The notes under the pieces were generated by a model that was not told the origin of the DNA, did not search any database, and saw nothing but the letters and a program-made list of their open reading frames with translations. From NCBI GenBank assembly GCA_965202585.1, contig OZ241832.1:33480001-33544000 (forward strand): DNA of 64,000 bases, written 5' to 3'. Positions 47,901 to 60,653 of the stretch are shown in pieces (position 1 is the stretch's first letter; each line of letters begins with the position of its first letter). Both the position numbers and the translations under genes were made by a program. This DNA is from Thalia democratica. Lineage: Eukaryota.

Positions 47901-50322
47901 AAATCTCATAAATTGATCTTATTTTGAAATTTTACTTTTACTTTTAAATTCACTATCAGACACTTTTTACCACTGAACAGAAATCAAGGTAGTTTTTGAG
48001 ATATTAGGTATAAAAGTTGATGAGTTCAATATTTTTCTTATAAAAGGTATAAACTAAAGAGACAAAAAGTTAACTTTCACTAAAAATCTGTGTTGTCTTT
48101 AAATTTTATACCAATCTTAGTCAAAGTTTTACAGCTGTGAAATTACTAATATTTAGATTTTTCACCCGAAAATTAATTGTTTTTTAATGTTTTAAAATTA
48201 CAACTTTTTATTTCTTTTCAACAATAAAAGTAACTTATCTCGAATATTTGTTGTCAAACTCAAAATGTATGTAAATTGGTTTTTATTTCATTTTTAAATT
48301 TTCAATAAAGTTCACTACAAAAAAATTGCTTTTTATAATATGAATCCTAAAACTTTAAAAAAGGACTATCTATTTTTAAACGTTAATGAAGATAACATAA
48401 ACTGAAAAATACTAAAAAAAAATAATTTATATTATATATTTATATATACTATAAAAATATACAATTTGTATATACTGTACTTTAGTTTACTCTTAGTTTA
48501 TTTTAGCTTCATTAACTAATATATGATTTAGATATTAGTTACAAACCAATTTATTTAATTTTTGTTGTTTTATCCCACAATATTATAAAACTTTTGTGTA
48601 TATGATTTACAATATCTTCAACTTGTTTATATGTTTTTTCAGGTTTAATTTACAACTGAAAATCTCTAGAGAACTTAAAGTGAAAATTGTTTTGTACTTA
48701 GAACTTGTTAAATAAAATGTTAAATTTAAGTAGTCAATTTGTAGGCATTAAAAAAACATAAAAATAAACTGCTTAAAAATGTATAAAATTTTTTTTTTAT
48801 TTCTCTTGAAATACAACAATATTTTTTTTTAGTTATGCGAAAAACATTTCTTAAAAGTTTGTGCTCATACATAGGTATAAAAAACATAGAAGAAGATAAA
48901 TTTTAGTTAAAAAAAAACTATTTTAAAGTTGACCTAAACAAGTTCCAAACTCTTACATCAAAAAATTTTTACAAAACTGAATGTACCTCAAAATGTATAT
49001 AGGTTTTAAATATTCTAATTTGATTATAAAAGAAATTTTATTAAAAAAATCTTTGACATCCTTATGGTCTTAACTCGTACGACTTAGAAAACATACTTTC
49101 TTTTCTCATCTATAAAAAGTAGCAAAAATTGTTCCACACTCCAAATATAACCTTTTGTTTTATTGTTGTAACTGTAACACAGTAAAATAAGTGTTTTAAT
49201 AATTAACTTTTGTTAACTGCACAGAAACGACACCTCCCCCATCGGCGTGATTGTTCTTGAAAACTGTTCGGTTCAACTGGCGGAAGGAGGCGACTCGCCG
49301 TTCACGTTTTCCATTCAGTTCAACGGTCAGTCCACCAGAACTTACAAGCTGACTGCCGACGATGATGTTTCCTGCAACTCGTGGATGAAAGCCCTACTCC
49401 ACAGCAGTTACATGTTTGTGTAATTTGTATTTGTTTCTTTTTAAGTGTTTGTAATTACTTACCTGCAAATATAAATGTTTTTAAACTTTCTTATAATATT
49501 ATATAATATTATATTCTATAATATTATATTCAAAAGAACATTTAGATTATTATTACTATTTTTTAGTTAGGGTTGATCACGCCAATTCGATCATCAGACC
49601 ACAAGTTTCGGTAGACTGAGACCGGTTTCGTCCTTTTTAAACTTTGTTAAACTTGAGCTTGCCTCACGGCAAACGATAGTTCAGGCTTCTGCTCTGCTGA
49701 CTTTCGCCGATGTTTTTTGTTGAATTTTTTAGTTATTTAGATTTTGTTTGTATCTAAGCTCACCAATTTTGGTCATACTTTGCCAACTTAGTTGTTTTTA
49801 AGTAGCTTTTAAGTTTTTCAGAACCTTAAATGATTGCTTTACTTTGATTATTATTGTTATCAAGTTGTAAATATCATATGGTACTCAATTATATAGAAAT
49901 GTATTGTTGTTTAATATTAAAAAACCTTGCTCAATTATTAAATTCAAACAATCAGGTACATGCAGATTCTAGTGAACGAGATGCAACGTGAAGTTGACAA
50001 AACTGACAGCAAAGAAGACAGCGAGAAAATAAATTCCCCGCCGAGGCACCTCGACGTGCTGAACTCCATCGACGTGGTCGACGGTCAGAAAAACAACCTT
50101 TTCGTTTCGAACGCGTCCAAGTCCAAGTCGTCCATTCTCCGCAAGATTTCGCCCAAGTTTGGCAGGAAGGCTCACGCGCCTCGCAAAAGTTCAGTCAGGC
50201 TTTCCGACTCGATGAATTTGCGGCAGGACTTTAAGACTTTGCATTTGAAGTACAGGAACGAGATGTTCGGAGCGGCTCGAACTGACGCGAAACAAAAAGA
50301 AACGGAGATTGAACTTATTTGA
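44972..50322 (+). CDS. PHETA1: Sesquipedalian / PHETA (FAM109)-like PH-domain endocytic adaptor, 237 aa; exons 44972-45129, 49225-49413, 49956-50322
   Basis: DKEGWLSKKGELNTSYQKRWCILKGNLLFYFE, PIGVIVLENCSVQL, TRTYKLTADD, WMKALLHSSY.YMQILV.EMQRE match the N-terminal PH domain and following helix of this family. Phases are consistent. Confidence 0.85.
45566..46536. mobile_element. Non-autonomous Transib-like element, copy 2, in PHETA intron 1
   Basis: TATTA|CACAGTGGG ... CCCACTGTG|TATTA, a perfect 5-bp TSD. Confidence 0.88.
46633..47326. mobile_element. Kolobok-like non-autonomous element, copy 2
   Basis: TTAA|GGCCATAGGGGG ... CCCCCCCTATGGCC|TTAA; reverse-orientation homolog of 26785-27500. 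Confidence 0.8.
49620..49635 (-). other. 3' half of the hammerhead motif (truncated copy) in PHETA intron 2
   Basis: Minus strand AAGGACGAAACCGGTC is an exact 16-nt match to the ribozymes at 34809-34849 and 35040-35080; the 5' half is missing. Confidence 0.55.
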
Positions 50323-51684
50323 GTGTTAAATTTTTATTCTCTGAGCGTTACTTTTGTTTTTTACTTTTATGAATCATACTAAAGTTTGGCTGCATTTTAA
50401 ATTGATTGCTTTGCAATTTAGATTTGTTTTTTAGTAGTTTGATTTAGAATAACTTGATGTTTGCCTTATTTTTCGTATATGAGAATGGATTTTATTTTTG
50501 TCTATATCGATTTGTTTAATATATTTTTAAATATTAGTAGTTAACATATTTTCTATTGTTTGTTTTACACATGTTTTTCATGCTGTTTTGTACGAAGTTT
50601 GGATATGGACTATATGAAGTATTTGTATATAAAATATTAAGAAAATTAAAATTTCTTCATTTTACTTTGCACAAAGTTTGTATTATTTTCTTTAGAGTTT
50701 TTTTTATGGATTAGTATGGGGATTTAGTCATAACAAAAACAGATTTAAAATTTTAAGCAGATTCTAAATATTATTCTAGCTTTGAAATGGAAAAATAGTT
50801 ATTGAACAGTCAAGTTATCTAGATTATTTTAAAGATATTGAATGTCATTCAGTTCTTAGTTTTTCTATATATTAACTTTATAAAGTACATTAAATTGTTT
50901 TCAATAAACTTATTGAAAGAAAATTTTATTCTATAACAAAAGTAAGAAAGTTTTCAAAGTGTGTTATCAAATGTATTAGTATTAACAATGTTGTCTAAAC
51001 ACTAAGCTTTATTTGTTAAAGCTTGTACTAATGACTAATGTTGTGCTTATGTAAGTTTTAATAATAATTTTTAGTCCGTTTTGCATTTTGATTTTTTTGT
51101 TATATTTTACCTCAATTTCTTGTATACTTTTTATTTTATGTTATTTTAAATACGTGAATTGCTTTATACATCAGTATAAAAAATTCATATTGGTTAAAAA
51201 ATGTTTAGAATTGTATTAAATCAATGAAACTTATAGCCGATGATTCATTCTTATTAGTTGTTAACAATTAAAACTTATATTAGCTCTTTTTCTTATATGA
51301 TGATTAATTGAAAGTTTTAAAAGTATACCGCTTAACCTTATAATATAACTTTTTATTAAGTTATATAAGTTAAAATTAAGTTTCTCGTTGAAAATAATTT
51401 TATGTCACGTAGAATTGTTTTAGAATAAAATATATATTTTTCGTGCCTTGAAAAACAAAATTTTAATGCCACATAACATTTTATGTTAACTTTTTCTACA
51501 ATATGCAATAAATATATACAGTTGTTGCCTTAAAATAAAATTTAGCTGTTTTAGCTTGCGAACTAAGCTTTGATTTATTATAAATTTTTTGAAATTTGGT
51601 ATTTGTTTATTTAAAGATTTTTTATTTACGGTAAGCATTTTTACTTTACATTTTTTGCAGAAAACTGACAAATTTTTATAACAT

Positions 51685-52734
51685 CAGGGTTGCCACTCTT
51701 TGAGCCAAAAAATCTTCCCTGAGTGACCAAAAATTTCCCTGAGTAACCTTAAATTTCCCTGAGTTTCCCTGAGTATTTTTCAAATCTTAAAAAAAAAATT
51801 TCTCTTCTAACACAAAATATTAATACCTCATTCTCATTTTTCTTATTTAATAATGAAAGGAAGGTTGTATGTGTATGCTTCTGCATTAAATTTATGAAAA
51901 AAACTGTTTTCAAAAACTCAATCTTAAAAGGTTTAAACCAATTAAAAATTAAAAACTAAATTTTTGCACAACTTTGTGTAAACTTGTTAGTTAACTTTCT
52001 ACATAAAAGAATAAAGTTTAATTTGTTTGACATTAATATTGACAAAATTAAATTATACTATAATAATAATTTCACATGAAGAACTCACTTAAATGCATAC
52101 ATAATAACTTCATTATGACTTGTATGTCTTTCCTAACAACTGTTCTGAATGCAGTAAATAAAACTTAAAAGTTTAACATTATTGTAAAAATGTATTGATT
52201 AATGCTTAAACAAATAACAAATAACTTAATTATTTAAAAAATAAGAACTAATAGTACAACATAGTGTTTTTTAAACTAAATAAGTAACTAAAAATAAAAA
52301 GTTTATTAGAAATTTTCAATGAATAGTTAACAACAACTTTCATTTCTCTAAACTGTTTGATTTTACTTAAGTAAATATAAAATTAAAACTTTAAAAAACT
52401 ACAAAGTCAATACTAAGAATATTGAAGAACTAGCCGCAAGGCTAAAAAAATTCTAAATAACCACTTAAATAATAAAAATTACTACTTTTGAACAAAATAT
52501 TGAAACTGGATTAACTAAACCTCATTCTAGATCTAGAAAAAAAATTCCCTGAGATTTTCAAAAACTTCCCTGAAATTTAGAAAAAAAATCAAAACTTCCC
52601 TGAGTTTCCCTGAGTTGAAAGAAAAATGCCAAAATTCCCTGAGTTTCCCTGAGTTTCCCTGAGATTTTCTACAGTTTGAAAATTCCCTGAGATTCCCTGA
52701 GTTCCCTGAGTTCCCTGAGTGTGTGGCAACCCTG
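51685..52734. mobile_element. Non-autonomous TIR element (CAGGGTTGCCAC ends, TTCCCTGAG subterminal arrays)
   Basis: 12-bp TIRs; many 9-10-bp TTCCCTGAG repeats at both ends; AACAT on both flanks; homologous to 17731-18140. Confidence 0.85.
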
Positions 52735-53283
52735 AACATGAAATATTAGTTAACTAATATATATATATATATATATATGTTAGAAAACAATTAGTAAAAT
52801 TTAATGACTAAAGTTGTATAGTTCTGTTATATTATAAAGCGTATCAGTCCGTGAATAAAATATTGCAAAACTTTAAAATAGTCAAACTTTTATTTTTTAT
52901 TCACAGTAATTTGACTAAAGATTTTTTTAAAGTGTTCAAGACCTGTTTATTTTTTTTTTCCGACAAATATTGAGTAAATAAGTTTTTTTATTTTAACTCT
53001 ATACAAGTACTATGTTTAAATATTTTGTTTTAAACATTTGAACGTTGATAATTTATTAAACCAGCTTTAGTATTTACAAAATTGTTTTTATATAGTAGTA
53101 ATAATGAAAAACTTATACATTAATTATTCACATTAATATGTTTGTAAAAATTCGGTAGAATGGTTCCTTATAGAGTTATTTAATTTTTGTTGTAGTTTTT
53201 TTTATTAATGGTTATAAATAATAAATTTATTATTAAAATTTTCTACAGCGGTATATTAATACTAAAATCTCCTCACCTTCAAA

Positions 53284-56200
53284 ATGTCCAGGCTGACTTT
53301 CGATTGGCTGAAAACCTTCCAATCAAAAGTCTCCATTCAAACAATGACCCTCACCCCCGGCAACATCAGCCAATCAAAAGCCTGTTTCGTCATCATACCG
53401 GGGAATCCCGGCTGCATAAAGTTCTACGAGCGGTTCGCAACCGCGGTGGGCGAAGGGACGGGGGTCGTGGTCAAGGGGGCGTCCCACACCGGCCACGCGA
53501 AAATCCCCTCAAGCGATCATCGACATCCGGGACTGGAGGAATGCGGGCTGGAGGCGCAGATTCGCCACAAGGTGGAGTTCCTGAGGCAGGAGGTTCTGGA
53601 CGCGTTCGAACGAGTAGTGCTTATCGGACATTCTATTGGTTAGAGCGTTTAGTTGACAATATTATTTTGTTATTTTTTTTGTATCTTAACTGATTTTATT
53701 TCTCACGGTTCGCTTTAAGTTATTTTCAGAACTTGAATGAATTGTAGTAATTTTAATTTGCAATACTTTTAGTTTTATTTTAGTATAGTTAAAATTTTCT
53801 TAATTGTTATGCAAGCATAAACTCTAAATAAGTATTTTTTTGTTTATATTTTAAAGTTCTTTACAAAGCAAGTCATTGCTTTATACTTGAGTAAGGTTTG
53901 AGAAATTATAACCTTAAAGTTATATTTCGTTTTTGCTCATAAAAATTAATAAATATATTTTAAATTATTTTTCATAAAATTATGAGGAGTTGTTTTTAGC
54001 CATAAAGTTAATTTAGTAATGCCTACATTTTATTTAGTGAAAGTATTATTTTTCTGTATTTTGTAATAGAATAACATAAATTTATTTTTTAAAACTTGAA
54101 AGTTTTCTAATGCTACCAACATAATAAAAATAACCTTAGTAGCATTTATTAAGACTTGGCGAACATTAGCTTAACAAGACCTATTTTCGTAATTTTTACA
54201 TAATAAAATTTCAATACAACACAAAATGTATACTTGAAAAACACATGTACATCAACTAATGTACCAAATCTTCAGGATGCTACATGATCCTGCACCTGAT
54301 GGACCTCCTCACCAAGGAGGAGCAGAGCAAGATCACCAAAAACATTTTACTGTTTCCCACCATAGAGAAGATGAGGGAGACGCCTAACGGAAGAAAATTG
54401 ACGCCGCTATTAACGTACGCCAGGTGGGCATTCCCCTTCACCGCCTACTCCGTCTCCTACCTCCCCGACCGCCTCCTCAACTACACCCTGTCCTTCTTCG
54501 TCAAGGTTTGAATGTTTTACAGGGTTCGTGCGCGTCAGGCTTAATCAGTTTTTTTGACAAAAGTTAAAAAACGTCAGGCTTAATCAGTTTTTTTATTTAA
54601 AAATTTGAGAATCTCAGTTTAAATGCTTGAAAATCTTTGATTAAAAAAAATTGACAAATCTTTTAAAGATGAAATTGAGATGTGAATCTATTTCTAAATG
54701 AAGATTTAGTTATTAAAGATAAAATCAGTCAGTATTTGTAATAATAAGTGCTTAAAACCTTATATTGAATCTCTAAAATTTTTTAAGAACCTTTATTGTT
54801 TTGTTTTGAGTGGGTTATATACGTCTAAATTATGAAAATTCATTAAAAAACTACAGTTTAGTTCAATAACTTGGCTGTTTGTTTGAATTTTAATACTCGT
54901 GTAAGCGTTTCATTTTAAAATTTAATAAAACACAACAATGCACGTCGTTTAAATATAAATCTTCTGGATATGTTTTTACTTAGATCTTAACTAAATAGAA
55001 CAGTTGTGTTTAGTAATATATATTAAAATTTTACATTAGATATAACACTTATTTTAAAACTTACCACTGAATTTGTTATGTTAAGGGAATAGGGGGGTTA
55101 ATCACTTTTTTCACAATTATTTTTTTTTTATTGAGTTGTAACTAAGCTATGAGTTGCTTTTTGCAGAGTTTTAAAGCTCAAAATAAAGCTGGTTAATGTC
55201 GGAGACTACAATAGTAATAATCAAGACTCCCCAACACCTAAAATGACTTCTAAAGGGGATTTTCCTTACTTTGAAAAAATGTCAGGCTAAGCTGGTCTCA
55301 GTCAGGCTAAATGGAAAAATTTCGCGCATGAACCCTGATTTTAGTAAAATGTTTTTTTCTAATTTTGAAATGTTTTAAAGTAAGCTAAAGGTGGGATTAA
55401 ACAGTTTTGTTTGGAACAAAAGATTTAAATTGAACATTTTGTAAGTTTGCCGTTTGGCTCTATGCCAGGTAGGTTTATTAAAAAGAAAAATTAGCATAGA
55501 ACAGGGTGTAGCATCCTTTTATAAGCCGCCTATTTTTTCTTCAAAAATTACTCGCGGGCCGCACTTATCTAAAATTACTGTAGTAATGAATAGAAAGCGG
55601 TACTGTTTTACACTAAAAATGGTAAATAGTAAGCGAATATAAAACTCTGGTGTTTACTGTATAATAAATTTAGAGCTTAATTGTAAGTTTTTATCATCAA
55701 ACCCTTTATTTTTATTGTTTTAAAAACTATTTAAGCACATTGCTGGCTGCAGAATTTTGCTTTGCAGCCCGTATTTGTCTCTTCAGCCACAAACTTGTCG
55801 ACCCCTTGCTTAGAGTAATGAAAGTAGTAATTGTTTTATATAAGTTTTATTATTATTTTTTTCTAAATTCATTGTTGATTTAGTCAAATTGCTTAGTTGT
55901 ATTTTACAAAGGTAATTGTAATTTTTTTAAAGCACCAAGTCACTTATTTCCAAATGGTTGTTTTGAATGTTGTGTGGCCCGTTATCGTAAATATTTTACT
56001 TGTTGTTTATTAAAAACTACTAGCGTTATCAATCATCATCAGTTTTTCGCAAAGATCATGAAACACGTTTGCCGTGCGAATATTTCATTTGCGCCTGAGC
56101 TTTGCATTTTTAAATTAGAAGAAAACGTTAATCAGGCAACATGAATTATTCAAAGCTCAGCTGGTGAATGCCAATTTTAAGCCGTCAAAAGCTTTGAATA

Positions 56201-57302
56201 ATTCAAGTGCGATTGTTGAAATCAGTCAAACTTCAAACAGAACACTGAGGATTCGTGCGTGCACGAAATAGTCAAGAAGAACTTGCTCACCCCAGAAGTG
56301 GCCAACAGCGTTTCGTTTCTCGGCCTTGAAGAAATGCTTCAGGTGACTCTTTATTCATTGTAATAAGTAATTTATGATTTTTTTTAAATGATTAATTTAC
56401 CTGGCTGATGAAAAGTAAGTCTGTTGAACTGGAAGAAACTTTGTAAGTTTAGTTTGTAAAACTAGTCTATTTAAATGTAAAAAAAAAGACTTTAATACTA
56501 TTTTTGCTGTTAACAAAGTAAGTTTACCAAATATAATTATAATAAAAAAATGGTTAGAAAAAAAAGTTAATTAGTGTTTAAACTTTACACTTAAAATAGT
56601 TTAATATATATTTTAATTTTTTTTTTACTATTACAAATACTTTAAGGTTTAATAAATATATTTAATTTACAAGTTTTAACGAGTGACTGGCTTTAGTAAT
56701 TGTATTCATAGTATGCTACATTTAATTAACACAAAAAAAAAGAATTAATTAAACAAATCCAATAACATTAAATGAATAAGTTTTATAAGCCTAAATTAGA
56801 GTAGGAAGTATTACTTTACATCATAGTTTTTCTAATTAAATATGTTTCTGTTATTAATGTTTTAAAACTTATTACAATGTTAAAAACTTTTTATTACTTA
56901 AAGCTCAAATTTTAAGTTATTTTGTTTATTCAGAAACAACTCTTAATTTAAGTAAAAAAAACTCTTGTTTGATATGTTACTAAATTGAAGTTTTCAAAGT
57001 TGCTCTTACTTTACAATTACTCACGCGTAACAAACCACGTGACTAACAAACAACGCGATTGGTCGCAGGTAACGGAGCGCGACGACCGGCTGGTAGCGAG
57101 GCACGCCGGCAAGCTGATAATTTACTACGGCAAGACGGACAAGTGGTGCACGAGCGAAATGCACGAGCAGGTGTCCGAGATGCACGGGGGTCGAGCGAGG
57201 GTCCACCTGTGCCAAAAAGGAATCCAGCACGCCTTCGTGCTGGGGCAGTCGGCCGAGACGGCGGAAATGGTGGTCGGGTGGGCCGGGGAAATTTTCGGTT
57301 AG
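53284..57302 (+). CDS. LDAH: Lipid droplet-associated hydrolase, 306 aa; exons 53284-53638, 54276-54505, 56241-56342, 57069-57302
   Basis: IIPGNPG, SHTGH, GLEAQIRHK, GHSIGCY (GxSxG nucleophile), LLFPTIEKM..TPNG, EEM.QV..RDD, YYGKTDKW (Asp) and HAF (His). Phases are consistent. Confidence 0.92.
54520..55337. mobile_element. CAGGG-ended TIR element in LDAH intron 2 containing a fragment of a TTAA-GG family
   Basis: Ends CAGGGTTCGTGCGCG / CGCGCATGAACCCTG (14/15) with GTCAGGCT subterminal repeats. The segment from about 55080 resembles the one at about 20069. Confidence 0.6.
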
Positions 57303-59898
57303 AGTTGCTTGAAGGGGAGTTTTTGTTTGCGGGTTTGTACCAAAAGTGAGGAAAGTTAGTTATAAAGAGTATATTTTTAACATTTTATATATATAGGTTA
57401 AAGTTTTATTTATCAAAACAGCTGTTTTTACTTATTTTTTAAAATTGTTTTTTAATGCAGTAAGTTAGCTTCAACTTTGTATTGTAATTATAAACTAAGC
57501 TTGCATTATTTTTTTTTAATTTGCAGTATTATTATGTTAATTTTCTTATAAAATTCGCAAAAGAATTCTATATTATTTTCATAAGTTATAGAGATTATAT
57601 TTTTAACGTGAAATTTACTTCAAAATTATTTTACTTACCTTGTCGATATGAAATTACACTGTTTTTTTTTGTGCATGAAATTGATTTTAGATCAGTTATT
57701 ACATTTCCTCACTTAAGTCTTTATCTCCATTGAATTATTTATGCTTTTTTGTTTACCGCTTTAGTTTTATTTAAAAGTGCAATGACTGTTGACTTCAATT
57801 CATTTATTTGTTTATTGATTATTAAGAGATTTTGATAAATATCATTGTGATTTTTTGTCGGTATCTTATGAATATTTCTTCAAATTTAAATACTATCATT
57901 TAACTTATAAACTACCTATAGAACATGTTGCTCTCCTGATTAAACATAAAATTTTATCAACTCTAATGTATAAGTTCTAATAACTTTTTAATACTAACAA
58001 AATAAAATAAAATTTAAATTTGTTTTAAAGTATATTTAAACAACCAAACGTCTTTATTTAGAATTTTTATTAAAAACTCTTTTCCAAAACGATTTCTTAT
58101 TACGTTTTTCTTTTCTTGTTAAAATTCCTTCACCTGGTACCGATTTTGTTTGCTCCCTTTCATTTGTGTCGAATTCTGAGTGACCTTTACCTAAATTAAT
58201 AAATCATTATTTTACATTAAAATTAAATCGATATTGTGGCGTTAATTTCTTATTTGGACGTTTAAATGGTTCAGTTTTAAAACTTATTTTCTTCAAATTT
58301 TTGCTGGGTAGAAAATATATTCATAGTTAGTCAACCAATATATTCAATGCTTGTTAAAACTGTCATATAAAATAGTTATACAAATATTATTTTATTTATT
58401 TATTTTATATTACTATACAAATGTTTCATTACTATTTTGGTCTTAATGAGATTATCACTTTTGAAAATTAAAGACGTTTGGTTGTTTATATATATATGTT
58501 AAATATAATAATTTAATATAAATAAGAGTATTTTTATAACGTTTGTCAAGTTAAATAATAAGACACAGTTGATATAAGTTTTCAGCCTACCTTTTGTTTG
58601 TTCTTTTGACAAATAGGGTTTATTAACTTGTTTAAAGTTTAATGATAACTTTGATAAATAATTTACCACTTTTTAGTTATTTACTGCATTTTAGCTATTT
58701 ATAAAAAATAGGTTTACTAAAATGGTTTTAATAAAAAATGCTAATTCAGAGAAGCTAAATGAATTAATAAAATATATTTGAATAAGATATTATAAATATA
58801 GTAAGCACAAGGTCTGTTTATGCTAGTAAAGAATTCTGTTTGTTATTATTTTTTCAAAGACACTTATACAAATAAAACAGTTTTTTGTTCAGAATGACTT
58901 AAAAATGATAAAAAAAGTTGATAATTTTTGTAATTTTCAATCTGGCTAAATTTACAAAAATAGGTTTTCAAAATTAAATATATTACGACATAAATCTAAT
59001 AAATACTTAAAATTTTGCAGCAAAAAATTACATCACAGTGTTTGTTTTTTGCTGTAAAATAAATAGTGCAGTATTAGTATTTAAAAGATAAGAATTATTT
59101 TCAAAAAACTTAGTTTTATAAGTGTGCATAAATTCTAATCAAAATTTAGAACTATATTGTTCTTTTTGATGCTTTTTTTGTGCAATAGGCCTATTTTTTT
59201 ACAAGTAACATATTTATAATAAGATAAAATTAGCCCTTAATTTTTTTTTTACTAGATTTAAATAAATAAACACAACAGGAAAATTTTGTTAATGAAAGTT
59301 TTAGTTGTGTGATGAAAATTCCTTTATGTTTAATTTTTTTTTTTAACTTTCAACTAAAAAAAACCAGCTACATTTAAAGAACTTTATTATTTTGTTCTCA
59401 GTATTTTAAATACATAGTTATTTGAAAATGTTGTTCCACTTTGAGCTACGTAAAAATTACACGTTTTGCTTTAAAAAACTTGAACTTTAAATACAATTTT
59501 AAACACTATGTTATACAGTCTTATATTAATTACTCGTTGCTTTACATTGATAAAATATATTTTTTGTATTAAAGTCAATAATATTAAATTGTAATCAATC
59601 GTTATATTTGTTAGTGACAATAATAGAACAAATAAAATAGCAATCAGATCTACAAACTTGTAAACAAAATAAAATATGCATTGCACACGGTGGAGTGCAT
59701 TTATGATAACTAGGTAAAAAATTTTTACACCAAATGTACTTTCTTCAAAAAAAAAAAGCGTTGAGAAACTCTTAAGCCGAAAAACGGATCATATTTTGAA
59801 GATGGTTTATTACAATCAAGTTGCCGTTTGACGTCTTTCAAACACGAAAACCAACAATTCACCATCAAAGACAAACAGTTCACCACAAATCGCGCCAA

Positions 59899-60510
59899 TC
59901 ACAAGTCAACGAGCGACAGCAGCGAATTCTCGGTGTCGGGGAATTCCGACTTGAACACCACGTCGTCCGACTTCATCCGGACGACGCACGAGCTTATCTC
60001 GTCCATGACGTTCTCCAGCTCCTGCTTCCTTTTCCTCCGGCCCAGCGTGTCGATCACCACCGGCATGCGCATGTACTTCTCGTACATCTTCCTGTTGTAC
60101 TCCTCCAGGAACACCACGATCTTCCGCTTCTCCTCCCTCGTAAAAAAGTTCCTTTCCCCCTCGTTTTTCCTCCTCTTCTTGTTGAAGTCCTTCTCCTCTT
60201 CCTCTTCGATTTTAGCGAGCTCTTCCCTTTTCAGGCCCCCGACGCTGGTTTGCGCGTCCAGCCTGCACTCTTTTATGATGTAGTGCGGCACCTTTCCGAA
60301 GTTCGGGTTCAACAGGTAGTTGATCATCTTCTTGGCGGGCGCCTGCTTTTCAAACTGCTTCACTTTGGCCTTGTTCTCTTGCACGTAGTCGGCTTCGATG
60401 CGGTTTATGGTGGTTTTTTGCAAGAGCAAGTCCTTGTTGTACTTGCTGACCGGCTGGCCGGTCTTCGGGTCGAACACCGGCGCCTTTGATGTAAAGTCGA
60501 ACTCGGCCAT
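59899..60510 (-). CDS. ENKUR: Enkurin-like protein, 203 aa, single exon
   Basis: YLLNPNFGKVPHYI, FTREEKRKIV..L and MPVVIDTLGRRKRKQELENVMDEI resemble the enkurin domain. GC-rich codon usage starts at the ATG at 60510. The true start is uncertain. Confidence 0.75.
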   Translation of the reverse strand: MAEFDFTSKAPVFDPKTGQPVSKYNKDLLLQKTTINRIEADYVQENKAKVKQFEKQAPAKKMINYLLNPNFGKVPHYIIKECRLDAQTSVGGLKREELAKIEEEEEKDFNKKRRKNEGERNFFTREEKRKIVVFLEEYNRKMYEKYMRMPVVIDTLGRRKRKQELENVMDEISSCVVRMKSDDVVFKSEFPDTENSLLSLVDL

Positions 60511-60653
60511 AAAGAATTTTGTGGAAAACAGAGACAATGGAACAAACAAACAAAAAGTAAACAAAATATTGTTTCGATATTTTAGTTGAAAATTACCGTT
60601 CAATTTTGTTTCATTGTTACATCATCTATTGATTTTGCGTAAATTTTGATTTT

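Noticed and set aside
18959-52739. Short ORFs at 18959-19203, 24630-24824, 26911-27114, 33865-34050 and 52533-52739
   Set aside because: Translations of subterminal repeats or AT-rich interiors of non-autonomous transposons.
55440-55810. hAT-Charlie-like fragment (CGCGGGCCGC, GTCGACCCC end), with similar motifs near 6340-6720 and 25790
   Set aside because: Only one end or isolated motifs are visible; no paired TIRs or TSD, so boundaries cannot be supported.
19940-56411. Other CTGATGA heptamers (19940, 30544, 56405) as hammerhead cores
   Set aside because: No stem II followed by GAAA, stem III and a pairing stem I could be built.
59821-60489. 222-aa and 151-aa plus-strand ORFs opposite the enkurin-like gene
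   Set aside because: Stop-free antisense frames expected from GC-rich codon usage; no protein family signal.
60511-60603. N-terminal extension of the enkurin ORF in the ORF track
   Set aside because: Starts at a non-ATG codon and runs through AT/U-rich non-coding-looking sequence; coding-like composition begins at 60510.
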